A DNA stretch of 64,000 bases from Tubiluchus corallicola (taxonomy: Eukaryota; Animalia; Priapulida). The stretch is from positions 1,116,001 to 1,180,000 of the forward strand of contig JAQGDQ010000021.1 of the NCBI GenBank assembly GCA_030141605.1, given 5' to 3'. Under the pieces are notes generated by a model that was given only the letters and a program-made list of their open reading frames with translations, searched no databases and was not told the origin of the DNA. Both the position numbers and the translations under genes were made by a program. Numbering within the stretch: position 1 is the first letter of the stretch; each line of letters begins with the position of its first letter. Of this stretch, positions 29,880 through 51,563 are shown one piece after another.

Positions 29880-30706
29880 CAGGGCCTATGAAAGGGGGCC
29901 CTAGTCGGTACTTTTTTTCAGGTTCCAAGAGCTAAGAAGGGCCCCACAGTAACCATGCAACAACCGCCTCGAGAACAAGCATTTTCTACTACCACAGACT
30001 TGTTTATCAGTGTGGTTCACCTCTCAAACCAGACTTGTTTGTCAGTGTGGTTCACCTCTCAAACCAGACTTGTTTATCAGTGTGGTTCACATCTCAAACC
30101 AGACTTGTTTATCAGTGTGGTTCACATCTCAAACCAGACTTGTTTATCAGTGTGGTTCACATCTCAAACCAGACTTGTTTATCAGTGTGGTTCACATCTC
30201 AAACCAGACTTGTTTATCAGTGTGGTTCACATCTCAAACCAGACTTGTTTATCAGTGTGGTTCACATCTCAAACCAGACTTGTTTATCAGTGTGGTTCAC
30301 ATCTCAAACAAGACTTGTTGATCTAGCACGACTGAGCATTGAAAATGCCATTGTCAAACAAATTCATTTTAATAGTGTTATTAGAAATTTTGCAAACAAA
30401 AAAGCCAGAAAAGCGCATTTTATTCAACACTCTATTGAACGTTAAATCTGTGTTTTTTTTTGTAGAAGTATTTTTTCTTTGAAAGAAATTATTATGAACA
30501 TTTTCACTATAAAAACACCTAAAAGTGATTGGTGAATATAACCGTAAATACAAATTAATCTTGCTGCATTATTTGAAGGTGTTTGTTACATTATGTTGTA
30601 TCTACTCATGGACATCAAATCCTCAATTTTGAGAAAAATCTTTGCCTACCACGATGCCCGCAAAGGGGTCTTGTACTGCCTCGCAAAATTTCTATAGGAG
30701 GCACTG
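29880..30706 (+). mobile_element. hAT-superfamily deletion derivative carrying the transposase dimerisation-domain tail
   Basis: TSQTRLVDLARLSIENAIVKQIHFNSVIRNFANKKARKAHF (30300-30420) fits the hAT C-terminal motif; ends CAGGGCC...GGCACTG; flanks TCAACAAC and GTGACAAC resemble a degenerate 8-bp TSD. Confidence 0.7.
29993..30319. repeat. 35-bp minisatellite (ACCAGACTTGTTTATCAGTGTGGTTCACATCTCAA), about 9 copies
   Basis: Directly visible near-identical units without spacers. Confidence 0.97.
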
Positions 30707-30864
30707 GTGACAACAAGAAAATTGGCAGCACATCGTTTGTCATACTTTTTTGGTGCCTAAAGGTCGCTACTCGAACCATTGTAATATTTTACAAAAACAA
30801 AATACATGTACTGGTGAAAGCAGATCGTAGTTCGCATCGTATCATACGGTGGATAATTGTATCG

Positions 30865-31040
30865 TATCATCATCATCATCATCATCGTCGTCGTCATCAT
30901 TATCATCATAATCGTCGCCGTCGTCATCAACATCATCATCATCACCGTCGTTGTTGTAGTCGTCATCATCATCATCATCGTCATCATCATCATCGCCATC
31001 ATCAATCATCGTCGTCGTCATCGTCGTTACCATTACTATA
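30865..31040. repeat. (CAT)n/(CGT)n microsatellite
   Basis: Directly visible. Confidence 0.95.
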
Positions 31041-32162
31041 ATTCCCATCACAATGATTGATATCATTACTCTCCATACAGATTCCTGAAAAACCCAACAA
31101 GTTTAACACTCGAAGAACAGCCAGGCACCGAAAAGTCGAGTGACTGCATTGTAAGTTTACAGTCAGTCAGCTTAGAATCTGATATGTTATTTGTGTGCAA
31201 AATAATTGGACGACTTTGGAAAGATTTTTTAATACGTTAAATGTGTTTTTGTCGCAGTCAGTTCTAATTTTGTTGATCTACTTTTCTTGCAAAGAAAACA
31301 AACTGGCATGAGCAACGTGTAAAAATGTTAGCAAAATCAGCACAGCAAAGAACACTGTAAAGTGATTTTTATTCGACGTGTTTTATAACAATAATTCTCA
31401 CATTTTTTCACGAATGGTATCAACAAGTTAAATTTAAGTTATGCATAACTTAATTTTCTTCGATATTAGGAATAGTTTTCTAATCTACGGGCAAACGTAT
31501 TCAATACTTATAGCAAAAGAAAGACTCAAATAGAATGACAGAACGTGTAGATGCGTGTTTGAAGCTACCATACCAGCATCCGGGACTTCAACATGGCTGC
31601 ACTGTCGAGATTAGCACCAATCGCCTCACTTCGTAACTACAGATTTATTTAAAACTAATTTACGGTTTACCTTCCTAATTATCATTAATACTAGTTTGCT
31701 TCCCACACACGTTGAGTTCCTCGTAACTCCACGACAATTCAATTACGGTTCCATTTAAAAAACTTACTGATATAAGTAAACTGCAACTACAATTTCATTA
31801 GACAACAGAGTATCATCATTGCAAAGGTAACAGTCAACATGTCCGGAAAGCTGCTGTCTAATTTGTACTTTTATGCCTATCTTAGTTTGAAGTACGCCAT
31901 CTTGATCCAACAATCAATAATAATAGTTTTTCCTACACAAGAATTTCATTCTCGGGACGGACGCACTGACATGGGACAGCCATTGCTGAAGTCTCGACCA
32001 AGTGTCACGGACAATGAAAAATTTATTTACAATAATAATTGCGAATATTATGTGAAATCCCGGGCAAGTTAACGCATCGCTATCCAACTGCATTTCTTCG
32101 TAAATTCTCGTATTAAATCCCGGAAATTTTGTGCATAATGTTATTGCTGTTTTTGCTGTCGT

Positions 32163-40881
<8,719 letters not shown>

Positions 40882-43425
40882 TTTTCTAGCACAAACACTG
40901 CACAAAACGGAAATTAAACAAACACACGTCCTTCCTATACTATTCCTCACTCCAGACTAAAACCTATCCCGATAACGTCTGCCAGGATATATTTATTCTC
41001 GACAGAAGTTTATATACAACTGTTCGTATGGTCATTTCTCATTTTTAGATGGGCCCTCCAATAAGGTATTATTGTAAGCTGGATTTACAGTGAAAGAGAG
41101 GGGTCCAGACTACAGCGGATCTGTAGATTTATGTATGACATGTTTTGCTTATTATTCTTGACTATCCCATATGCTGAACGGGGTAAATTGAAGGATTTGT
41201 TTACTCTCAGAAGTATAACTTACAAGAGACAAGAGTTAATGTGAGCCATAGCCTACGTCTAAAAACACTTGAAAATTTGTAAAATGCTGGCCAATATGCA
41301 GGAATGAAATAGAGTGGATTTTGTTTGTTTTACCAAGTGATAAATTCATGTGAATTAATGATTAAGAATTGGGGAAATTACTAAAATAAATCTGTAAATG
41401 GATGTTAACTTTAAGAACATTCCAAGATGTTTTACTGTCTAAGAACACCAATTATATTTTCGTCAGTAGTTCTTTGTTCAGAAATTTTGTTTTTCTGTTA
41501 TACTTTTGAAAAATAGTGGATTTCAGTTTTTTTTAAACACACTAGCACTCAAGCTGATTGTATCATGATATTACCTTAGATAGGTGAACAACTGTTGGCT
41601 TACGTAATTTCTAGTATATCCAGGACAACGAAAATATTGAGAAATATTATGTTATGAAACAAAACTGATAAAAATTAGCTTCTACAAACAAAAAGCATTC
41701 ACAGTGAGTTACTCACACATTATCTAGCTCAATAACACCAAACTCCAAATTAAATTCGCCGCTAACTAATGTCTATTCATTACGTTCCATAATCTAGTAA
41801 CATTAAAATCCTGACTGAAATGTAACACAATTCATCTTAAATGACACGAAATGAAATTTCTCGAAACGTAGAGTTTTAAAACTTTTTGAACAAAACGAGC
41901 TCTGTGATTTAAGTAAAGACGTCAAGTTCTTACGTCAGTGAACCAATATCTACTTCTGTTACTAACTAGGCCTTTCGAAGCGACTGAGAACGTGTAGGCC
42001 TTCTGCTGTTATTGGCCTTTAATACTAAGGTAGCAAGTCAGAGATCCAGAGTTCGAATACGATTCGTGAGTTAATTTTCTTACCTCGTTTTACACACCAT
42101 AACATTCTTAAGCGCATCAGTGTTTTAATCTTTTATTATTGCAAGGTGTCATTTTAAAAGCTGTTCAAATCAAGGCATGAGACAAATACATTCATGCGTC
42201 GTTAATCACAGTGTAAAGTGTCCTCCAAATTATCTGCTTACACTAACGAATATATTAGCAAAAACAGCTATTACAAACAACTAATGAACAATGCATATAA
42301 ACGGCACAAGGGATACATATTTTGTGTTTAAAAACATAACATTTTGATTGCCATAATGTTACCAGATCGATGTAGATAACAAGATACAGCCAGTATTTTA
42401 AAAATAGAAATATTTTTAATCTTAAGTGTTTCATGTGTTCTGTTTCTTTACAACAATCTTTTTATCAGCATTTAATGGTAGCGGAAATATTATGTTTATA
42501 AATTTGCAATCTACATCTCTTTTGCGGTTTAAAAATGTATAGTTTATTACAGACAATTTGTGTAACGTTCGCGTTTTCTTCTTTATTACCATTTCATTTT
42601 TACTTTCTCTTATCCACTCACATCTTGATTCCATTTTTAATTGTCTACATCACAGCGTACAGAGAAATACACTTACACTTTGTGCTACGTAACAACAAAT
42701 AATCTTTTTCGTTTTCTTTTTTCTCTTTGTTCTTCTCCTTTATCCTTATTTTCTTTTCTTCTTCTGTCCCTCTTTCCTTTTCCTTCTGCCTCCTCTTTTT
42801 CTCCACCAATTTCTCCTTCCTCTTCTTTCACTGTTTGTTATTTATATATCAGAAAACTTTCTATGCGCTAAGCAATTACTAACATCTTCAATTCAAAACT
42901 AATATTAGCACAATATGATATTTCCAACTATTTATACGCTCTTGTTTTCTGCCACTTTGCTATTTTACTGACATTAACCTTGGAATTAGTTAACGTACAA
43001 AGTACACAAACACAATTAACCTTCGAGAATCGCAAATGACAGATCATATTGCAAAAAAACCTTCTTTGGTTCAGCTATAATAGGTACTTTAAAATTGCTA
43101 CCATATTCCGAAAATAAGAACTGACCTTATGAAACATTTTAGTGTTTATCGGGGTGCATCTTTACATCAAATTTTTAAGCTTTACTAACATTTTCGTTTT
43201 TATTTTCTTTATATTTACTAACGTAAACAGAGCGGTGTATGAATGCGTGCTTTTTATGGCAATAACTTTTTAAACTTAAACTTAATTAAAAAATTAAAAA
43301 TAAAAGAACTGACTTATATTATGTAGTGTTAAATTATATACACAATTTCCTTATTGACTAGAACTCAGGTATGTACTAAAATCTTCTGCGAAAAGTTTCA
43401 CTTACTGACTCACTGACTAACTCAC

Positions 43426-43476
43426 CTTTTGTGCAACTTTGGCACTCATTCCATATGCAGGTCCCCTGTTAGCCAT
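43426..43476 (-). CDS. Variable first exon V2 (MANRGPAYGMSAKVAQK)
   Basis: 51 nt, ATG...AAG|GTGAGT; TATAAAA on the minus strand at 43565-43571. Confidence 0.88.
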
Positions 43477-44686
43477 GATAATCTACTATTGATTAAATAT
43501 TCACTACAATAAACACTATAACTCACCGCCGGCCAAATGAACAGCGGGAGGATTTCTGAGATTATTTTATACCAGGATGCCCCACCCCCGGACAAGATGC
43601 TTCCCCAACGCAACACAAGTTGTCCAATGACGTTCCACCTCTGGTGTAAACGTTTGGTCTTAATTACGTCACTCATACGTAACTAGATTTAAGGAAGGGG
43701 GGAAGGTTTCACTTAGTTACAGAGCGAATTTCAGCTTTGGGAACAGAGAGTTTTAATTACTATCACATACGCAGCTTCACTTCAGTATATATAAAATTTT
43801 CTCCATCTGTATGCTTTGGTAGTGAGATAATTATTTCACTGTTGCACTCATACATTGGGTTTTTTAAAAACTGGCAATAAAAAATTAAGAAACTTGAATA
43901 TAGTGGGACATCTACGTGGGACAATGCGAATGTGTGAACCGTAGCTGGTCATTCTTTCTTGTTGCTGGATAAAATCTAATGCATACTTGCCATTATGGCC
44001 AGAAGCACCAATTTGCTGCCGTTATACGCTCTTGTTTTCTGCCACTTTGCTATTTTGCTGGCATTAACTTTGGAATTAGTTAATAACAAACACAATTAAC
44101 CTTCGAGAATCGCGAATGACAAATCATATTGCGAAAAAAACTTTCTTTGGTTCAGATATAATAGGTACTTTAAAATTGCTACCATATTCCGAAAATAAGA
44201 AATGACCTTATGAAATAGTTTATCGGGGCTTATTGTTTATGGAATAATTTGCCAAGTAATGAATGTCAGAAAAACTGAATCAGCTTTGGGTTGTCTTAAA
44301 AAGAAGCTAAAAACCGTACTATGACATTTTTACAGTACATTTGGTCTTATTTATAACTCTGGCGACTTCGTGGGAATCATAATTAAGTGTTTTAATTGAA
44401 TGATGAAAATGATATCTTTTATTGTTCAGAAGTGCATCTTTACATCAAATTTTAAGGTTTACCAACATTTTCGTTTTTATTTTTAATATTTACTAATGTA
44501 AACAGAGCGGTGTATGTATGGGTGAGTTTTATGGCAATAAACTTAATTAAAAAAATAAAAATAAAAGAACTGACTTATATTATGTAGTGTTAAATTATAT
44601 ACACAATTTCCTTATTGACTAGAGCTCAGCTATGTACTAAAATCTTCTGCGAAAAGTTTCACTTACTGACTCACTAACTAACTCAC

Positions 44687-44737
44687 CTTCTGTGCAACTT
44701 TGGCACTCAATCCATATGCAGGTCCCCTGTAAGCCAT
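44687..44737 (-). CDS. Variable first exon V3 (MAYRGPAYGLSAKVAQK)
   Basis: 51 nt, ATG...AAG|GTGAGT; duplicate of V2. Confidence 0.82.
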
Positions 44738-45474
44738 GATAATACTGTTGATTTAAATATTCACTACAATAAACACTATAACTCACCGCCGGCCAAATGA
44801 ACAGCGGGAGGATTTCTGAGATTATTTTATACCAGGTTGCCCCACCCTCGGACAAGATGCTTCCCCAACGCAACACAAGTTGTCCAATGACGTTCGGTCT
44901 TAATTACGTCACTCATACGTAACTAGATTTAAGGAAGGGGGGGGGGAGGTTTCACTTAGTTACAGAGCGAATTTCAGCTCTGGGAACAGAGCGTTTTAAT
45001 TACTATCACATACGCAGCTCCATTTCAGTATACATAAAATTTTCTCCATCTGTATGCTTTGGTAGTGAGATAATTATTTCGCTGATGCACTCATACATGG
45101 GTTTTTCAAAGAGAGACTGGCAATTAAAACTAAGAAACTTGAATATAATGGGACATCTACGTGGGACAATGCGAATGTGTGAACCGTAGCTGGTCATTCT
45201 TTCTTGTTACTGGATAAAATTTAATGCATGCTTGCCATTATGGCCAGAAGCACCAATTTGCTGCCGTTATACGAAATATTACTGAAAGGAAGTAGTTGAA
45301 AACTTCCTCGAATAGAATGCTGATCGCTATGTTATCCGCTTAACATCCAAATGGTACATCAGTGATTCATAACAGACCAGTCTCTTGAGCCGCAGATTCT
45401 ATAGCCTAGATGCTGAAATGTAGGCCTACTCCAAGTTGTCCGTTTCTTAAATTAACCATCTCTTCATTTGAATA

Positions 45475-45972
45475 CTATAGTTTAGCATAGCATAGTACAG
45501 CATGACATAGTATAGTACAGCACAGTACAGAATGACATGGCACGGCATGGCATAGCATAGCATATCACTGCATAGTCACAATCTGTGTAGGATAGGATAG
45601 GAGATTACAGTACAGAACAGAACAATACATTACAGTACAGTGCAGAACAGTACCCTATACTATACTATACTATACTATACTATACTATACTATACTATAC
45701 TATACTATACTATACTATACTATACTATACTATACTATACTATACTATACTATACTATACTATACTATACTATACTATACTATACTATACTATAGTATAC
45801 TATATTGTACTGTACTACACTGTACACGGTACGGTGCGGTACAGTACAGTACAGTACAGCACAGCACAGCACAGCATAGCACAGCACGGCACAGTACAAT
45901 ACAGTGTAGTATAGTAAAATACAGTACAGTACAGTCTAGTATAGTATAGTATAGCATAGCATAGTATAGTAA
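45475..45972. repeat. (CTATA)n core with degenerate pentamer flanks
   Basis: Directly visible. Confidence 0.93.
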
Positions 45973-47022
45973 GTCTTACTGTTTGTTTAGATTTGGGCTG
46001 TACCTCTGCCAAATACAGAGGCTAGGCCTTGATATGTTATGCCTTTTTAAGATTGCCGTTCTTAATTCAGTCATCTCTCAGCACTAAAGTCAATATAAGA
46101 CAAATGCGTTTGGTTTTTCCTAGGTGAGTTAAATGCGACCAAGTTTTAAATTGTTACCAAGTGTACAATTTTCAGTCTTAAGAATAGATAGTAAGTTACC
46201 AAGTCGACATTTCATTCTGCGCAGCTTTATTTTGAAATAAGACAGAGGCGCAATTTGTGCAGAACAGCGGGAAGTCGAGTAACAGAAGGCTTCTATGAAT
46301 CTTTAGTCCAGGATGGTCTAGTTCAAGTACATTAATGCTTAACAGCTGGATGAACCAAGCTTCAAGTATCAAGTCTCCTTAGCAAAAACAGACAGAGGAC
46401 GTCATTCACGCTTTCCTGACAAAATCTAAACAAAGCAGCACACAGACTTACTGAGGTACTGTTACTGTGTTGAATGAAGCGTAAATATTTGTCCAGTTTT
46501 GAACTACTTTACCTTTTATAATTTATCCTGACCAAGCTATACTGTTGGTAAACGTTTATTTCTAAATTCGACTATTCGAAATTATAAATTTCATTTATGA
46601 TTGTTTCTACAGGATATTGAAGTAAATATTGGAGGTTTTTGTTACCTCTCATATAATTGCATCATTTGTAATTACCACATAACTAAAAATTTTATGCATA
46701 TAGGCACAACTTTTAGCTAATAGCTTCCATCGGTTCACGAATTTTGTAACTAATGTGTTTTTGACAACCACTAATATTAAAATTCGTGTACCTGCGTAAA
46801 TACCTTGTGCAGGTATGTTGGGACTGATGTATGGTTTAGAGATCTCTAGTGAGCTCTGCCCGCTGATAAAACCATCGGATACACGCCGAGTATGTGCCCT
46901 TTTCACGGGAAAATTTTGATTTTCAGAAATAAAATGTCTGTCTATCTATTCGTGAAATCTGTACTAACAATGATATTGACAATTCATTTAAACGGTAGGA
47001 TATTATATACATTGACAATTAC

Positions 47023-47406
47023 AATAAGGCTTTTCACAGTTTCGTTGTGCGCACGCGCAGTTGCTGTAGGTCAGAGGTCAAGTGTACCACAGCAACGCAT
47101 CTTAACTACAACCGTCACATGACATATGGGCAAAGCAAAGCCGTATGCCGCATCAGTTTAGTTACTTCGGTTGTTTTACGTGGACTTTATTTAAATATTA
47201 TTTAGAGTGATTTACTAGCAGGATCTTGCTTGGAAACAAGAAAAAATGAACTAGGTAGGGTTTTAGCTAGCTGTTAAAACAGTTACTATTGCAACAGCAT
47301 GGGCTGCGAGGCGTTGTCAAATGTACACAAATGCGTTGTCAGGTACACTTGACCTTTGACATTTTCACGATCATCATCAATCGCTGGAATTGCGAAAAGG
47401 CTTATT
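47023..47406. mobile_element. MITE, second copy of the 8590-8961 family
   Basis: Ends AATAAGGCTTTTCAC and GCGAAAAGGCTTATT; interior matches the reverse complement of 8590-8961. Confidence 0.8.
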
Positions 47407-49118
47407 ATATTGTACAATCTCTTCGTTATTTAAGGCTGTGAACCTTTAAAAGCTCAATGGTTATCAGAATTGTCATCATTGAGACCATTCAAAAATATTT
47501 GTTCATCAGTTACTGCTTTAAATGAAACTATGTTTTAATGTGCTGCCTGCAGTTCGCGCCCTACCAAACATTGATTTCGTATCTCACGCTATAGAAAACT
47601 CTATGTAAATTGCGTTTATTCGGCGGTAAATGAATCTAATTACTGCATGCCAGAGTTCGACTACATCAAGACATAATGCGGCTTTAATGGTGCTCTAACG
47701 ATCTTCCAGAAAGACAGACACACGTGCCTAGAATGTATCTCCTTTGCTGCAAATTAAATACACAATTGATTGCAACGTGCCAAGCAAAAAAAGTTTGCTC
47801 CTTACTTTCCCAGCATCGATTAAGAATGGCGGCAAATAGTTTTCGCTTGTGAGTACTGTTCCCTCAACCCACTGATCCGTAAAAAGAGGTGAGAGCGGGA
47901 AAGTATCTAGGACGTCAAGGATCTGAAGGCCAGAAGGCCAACGGACTGAGGAACCAGTGCACTTTTAGCATTTTTTTATAAATTGTTATCTAAAATTTAA
48001 CAATTATGACAAACAGTCTGCTTTTTTATGAGCTAGGTTCGCAAAATTGCCAGTTCTATAGAATGATGACGGAAAGCATAATGACCGCGAGCATGGTTTA
48101 CTAACTTCCTTACCGTTATCCGTTAGCCACTGAGCGCTATCTACAATCAAAAAAGCAATTTTTTAACTGTAACGTTTGTGATTGTTTTTGCAACCCTGAT
48201 ACCTTAAGAAGGTACAAGTTACAAAGTACCTACTTTGATTGCGAACTTTAGAAAAAAGTGAGCAATTATAGGTAGGTATCAACTTGTCGCTGCGCGTGTA
48301 TTACTTAAAAACCACAAAAATAAAATCTCAAAAACATTTTGCAAAAGTTGCCAGTGTTGTAGACACGGAAAAATTTAATATTTGCTCATAAAAACGTAAA
48401 TCTATACCGACAGGTCTAATAAATTTCGCTAACGTGAATTAATATTTATCTGAACTTTTTAAAGTGACACTCAGCCTAGGAAAAAATGCAAGGCCAACGT
48501 GTACTATCCCACGCATTGTCATTCGTTAGAATAAGTTACGTAATATATGTATATGGAATTATATATATATATATATATAATATGGAATATTATGGATATA
48601 TCATTTTTATGAAAGTATACATATATATATATATACTTTCCATAAAAATGATTTTTACAAACATCGCACGATGTATTGTATCCTTCAGTATATCTTTATT
48701 ATGACTAACACGGCTAGTTGACAAATGCGTCATGCGCCAGAGATTAAAACTACTAAAGCAATATGGTGCATAAAAAATAAAAGAATTTAAAACAAAAATA
48801 ACATTATAGCATAAAACGATAAAATGGACGTGCAGCGCTTTACGTGGCCTTCTCCATTTTAACATGCTGATAAAGTTCGTCGCATCCTCTCATCTGTAGC
48901 TTATCAAGCATCCAGTAATAGAACCTCTAATCCTGTTTATCATCTCCTCGCCGACCTAACAGTTACTGGCTTAGTGATTTGCTGTTTTAGTGCTACGAGA
49001 AGACAGCTATTAACCATTTCAATTTGTTAGATGATTAGTAAATTTACATCTGGTCATTCCGGGGTTAAAAATAATTATTACATTACGAGTTTTACTTATG
49101 AGTTTATACTAAACTGAC

Positions 49119-49169
49119 CTTAGCCGCCACTTTGGCGCTCATTCCATAAGCAGTACCTCTATTAGCCAT
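49119..49169 (-). CDS. Variable first exon V4 (MANRGTAYGMSAKVAAK)
   Basis: 51 nt, ATG...AAG|GTCAGT. Confidence 0.86.
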
Positions 49170-49887
49170 GGCTAGGCTCAGATGAATTGTAATGCAATCG
49201 CAAAACAAAAAACTAACCGTACGAATCTGTTACTGCTATCTGAGTGTTTTAATTCAGGCGCTTTGGAGGGTTTTATTCCAGATGGCCCACCTCTTTGGCC
49301 CTGCCCAGGTTTCCATCTTGCGCGGGTGATGCGCGTCCCACGTGATCAGTAAAAGTGCAGTAATTATAGCATTAATCAATTGTGAAAACACTTCTAGAAC
49401 GTGTGAATTCAAACCCATGACGTTTTGCATTCAAGACATAATATAAGCTCATAAGCTCAGTTAATTTTAAGTACTACTATGAACGTATCATAAGTGTACT
49501 TCATTAACTAATACATGCTTGCATTTTAATGCTATTATTATTGACTAGGTTCTCAAATCGAAACTGTATGCTGGATCGATTTCTTTCTTTGTTAATAAAA
49601 TGTGAAATAATTTAATATCAATACTGTTTAACAAAAATTTGCTGCCTTTAGCATGCCACAGTTTCAAGCTTAATGGCGACGACTTTTATTTCAGGAACGA
49701 TTCTAAAAATAATAAAGAAGTCAATGGCTTTATTATTTTTTCCGAACTCTGTTAGTCAAGTAAGTTAGATCATTGCATATTACTGCTTCCGAATTACGTC
49801 ACTTCCGTCACACCTAAAGTGAGATGTTTCGCCAGCAAGTGAGTCGACAAAACAATGAAGACAACTGAGTTTGGCCAAAAAACTCAC

Positions 49888-49938
49888 CTTTTGCTCCACC
49901 TTTGCGCTCATGCCCATACCTTTAGGTCTGTTAGCCAT
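49888..49938 (-). CDS. Variable first exon V5 (MANRPKGMGMSAKVEQK)
   Basis: 51 nt, ATG...AAG|GTGAGT; TATAAAA on the minus strand at 50043-50049. Confidence 0.86.
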
Positions 49939-50611
49939 TTTGTTTATGTTTTTGCGTACGATTTAGTATCAACACAAACACCAGTACACAACTTGAGACC
50001 TAGACACTTTCGTGTACAGATAGTATCTGTATTACAGGGCTGTTTTATAGTCTTGAAGATACTGACCAACCAATTAGCTAAAAAGAAGGCGTAAAATATA
50101 TTTTTGTTTTTAGAGGTTTACAGTGATTTATGGCAAGTTGTTTGGATGACTCTGTGGGTTACTGTAAAAAATGCCAGAATGTTCAGTGGACCCGGTGCAG
50201 TAAAAATATTTTGTTACTCCAAGTGTTACTGCGCCATTCTTCACACTCTGGTAATTTTCACAAACACGCACACACAGTTGGCGAATCCTTTTCAATTTTA
50301 CGATTTAAGAAGCTTTGCAGTCGGATTACGACACATTAAGTTAGGAAGCCGACGTGCTGGTAATGTTAGCAAGCTGTCAAATTACCCTGTCAGCAGTCCT
50401 AGGAGGAGGATGGTTTGCCACCACGTACCATATATGAAACCCAAACCACGTCCTCTTGAAACAGCCGGTATTCTGTTACTTCATGAATCTCTTACCGCAG
50501 GCAGCCGTCAAACTCTCAAGACATGGCGGACAAATAAATGAACTAAATGAAGATACCGAACAGTCAGTAACAAAATTTTTAAGCAGGCTCGCATGCATCG
50601 CACTAATGATA

Positions 50612-51563
50612 CCGTAAAACGGGGTGAGTTCGCCACCCCTTACGTAAGGGCCATTGTAGGTTTGCTGTAACTATTGTTCAGTGTTTAATGAACAGATATC
50701 ATGATCACCGTCATTATAAACAGTTTGCGACAGTTATCTTTTTTCAATTCGCTCTAGAAGTACTCCATTCTGCGCTACATATTATTTGTCTACTATTTCT
50801 TGCTACTTAACATGCCACGCACCTACACCCCTGTACCGGGTCATAGATAACAATATTATACCCCAGAAGCTCTGGAAGCTGCCCTACATGCCGTCAAGAA
50901 TACCAACAGGACAATCAGCGCAGCGGCGAGGCAATTCGGAGTTCCAAGAAAGACCCTTTCTGACAAACTCTCAGGTAGTCATCCGCTGAAGACCGGAGGT
51001 CAGCCAGTGTTCTCCGCCGCCGAGGAGCACGAAATCGCCAACACTCCAAGTGGCCGCTGAATGGGAGTTCCCAATGACTGCCACCGATCTCCGACTACTG
51101 ATTAAGAGTGTTCTTGACGCGAAGGGAATCCGGGAACGACGATTCAAGGCAAACACCCCTGGAATAGACTTTGTCAAATCATTCGCCCGAAGGAACAATC
51201 TGGTTTTCAGAGCGGCTGGCAACATCAAGGGCGCCCGCGAAAAGATCAGTGCACAAGACGTTCAAGCCTTCCTTGCCAACGTAGAAGTTTCTATTTGAAA
51301 ACTAAAACTAGACATTTTTCATAATTTTTTCATAGGGTGGCGAACTCACCCCCAACCAGCCAATCACAACCAGTTAACTTCAGCTGCCTAGAATGGCATT
51401 AAAGAGTGTAAAATCGTTACTGGCGAATTCACCCCACGATAGTGTTTCATTCGAAAGGCAATATAAAGCTTGAACTAAGAAAATTGGTTTGGTAATTCTC
51501 TTGCTATGGCAGGAAACGTAAAAAAATAAACCTAAAAAGTGGCGAACTCACCCCGTTTTACGG
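50612..51563 (+). mobile_element. pogo/Tigger-like DNA transposon, internally deleted
   Basis: Perfect TIRs CCGTAAAACGGGGTGAGTTCGCCAC with TA TSD; subterminal copies of the TIR core at ~51337 and ~51421. Confidence 0.92.
50812..51298 (+). pseudogene. Truncated pogo-type transposase (Psq-HTH and CENP-B-type HTH only)
   Basis: MPRTYTPVPGHR*QYYTPEALEAALHAVKNTNRTISAAARQFGVPRKTLSDKL...GGQPVFSAAEEHEIA (frameshift) AAEWEFPMTATDLRLLIK...PGIDFVKSFARRN; one stop, one frameshift, no DDE domain. Confidence 0.85.

Larger units (their letters stand above)
42932..45273. repeat. Tandem segmental duplication (copy 1 42932-44021, copy 2 44022-45273) containing first exons V2 and V3
   Basis: Collinear, highly similar copies; TTATACG at all three boundaries (42932, 44022, 45267); copy 2 has ~200 extra bp near 44230-44430. 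Confidence 0.95.
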
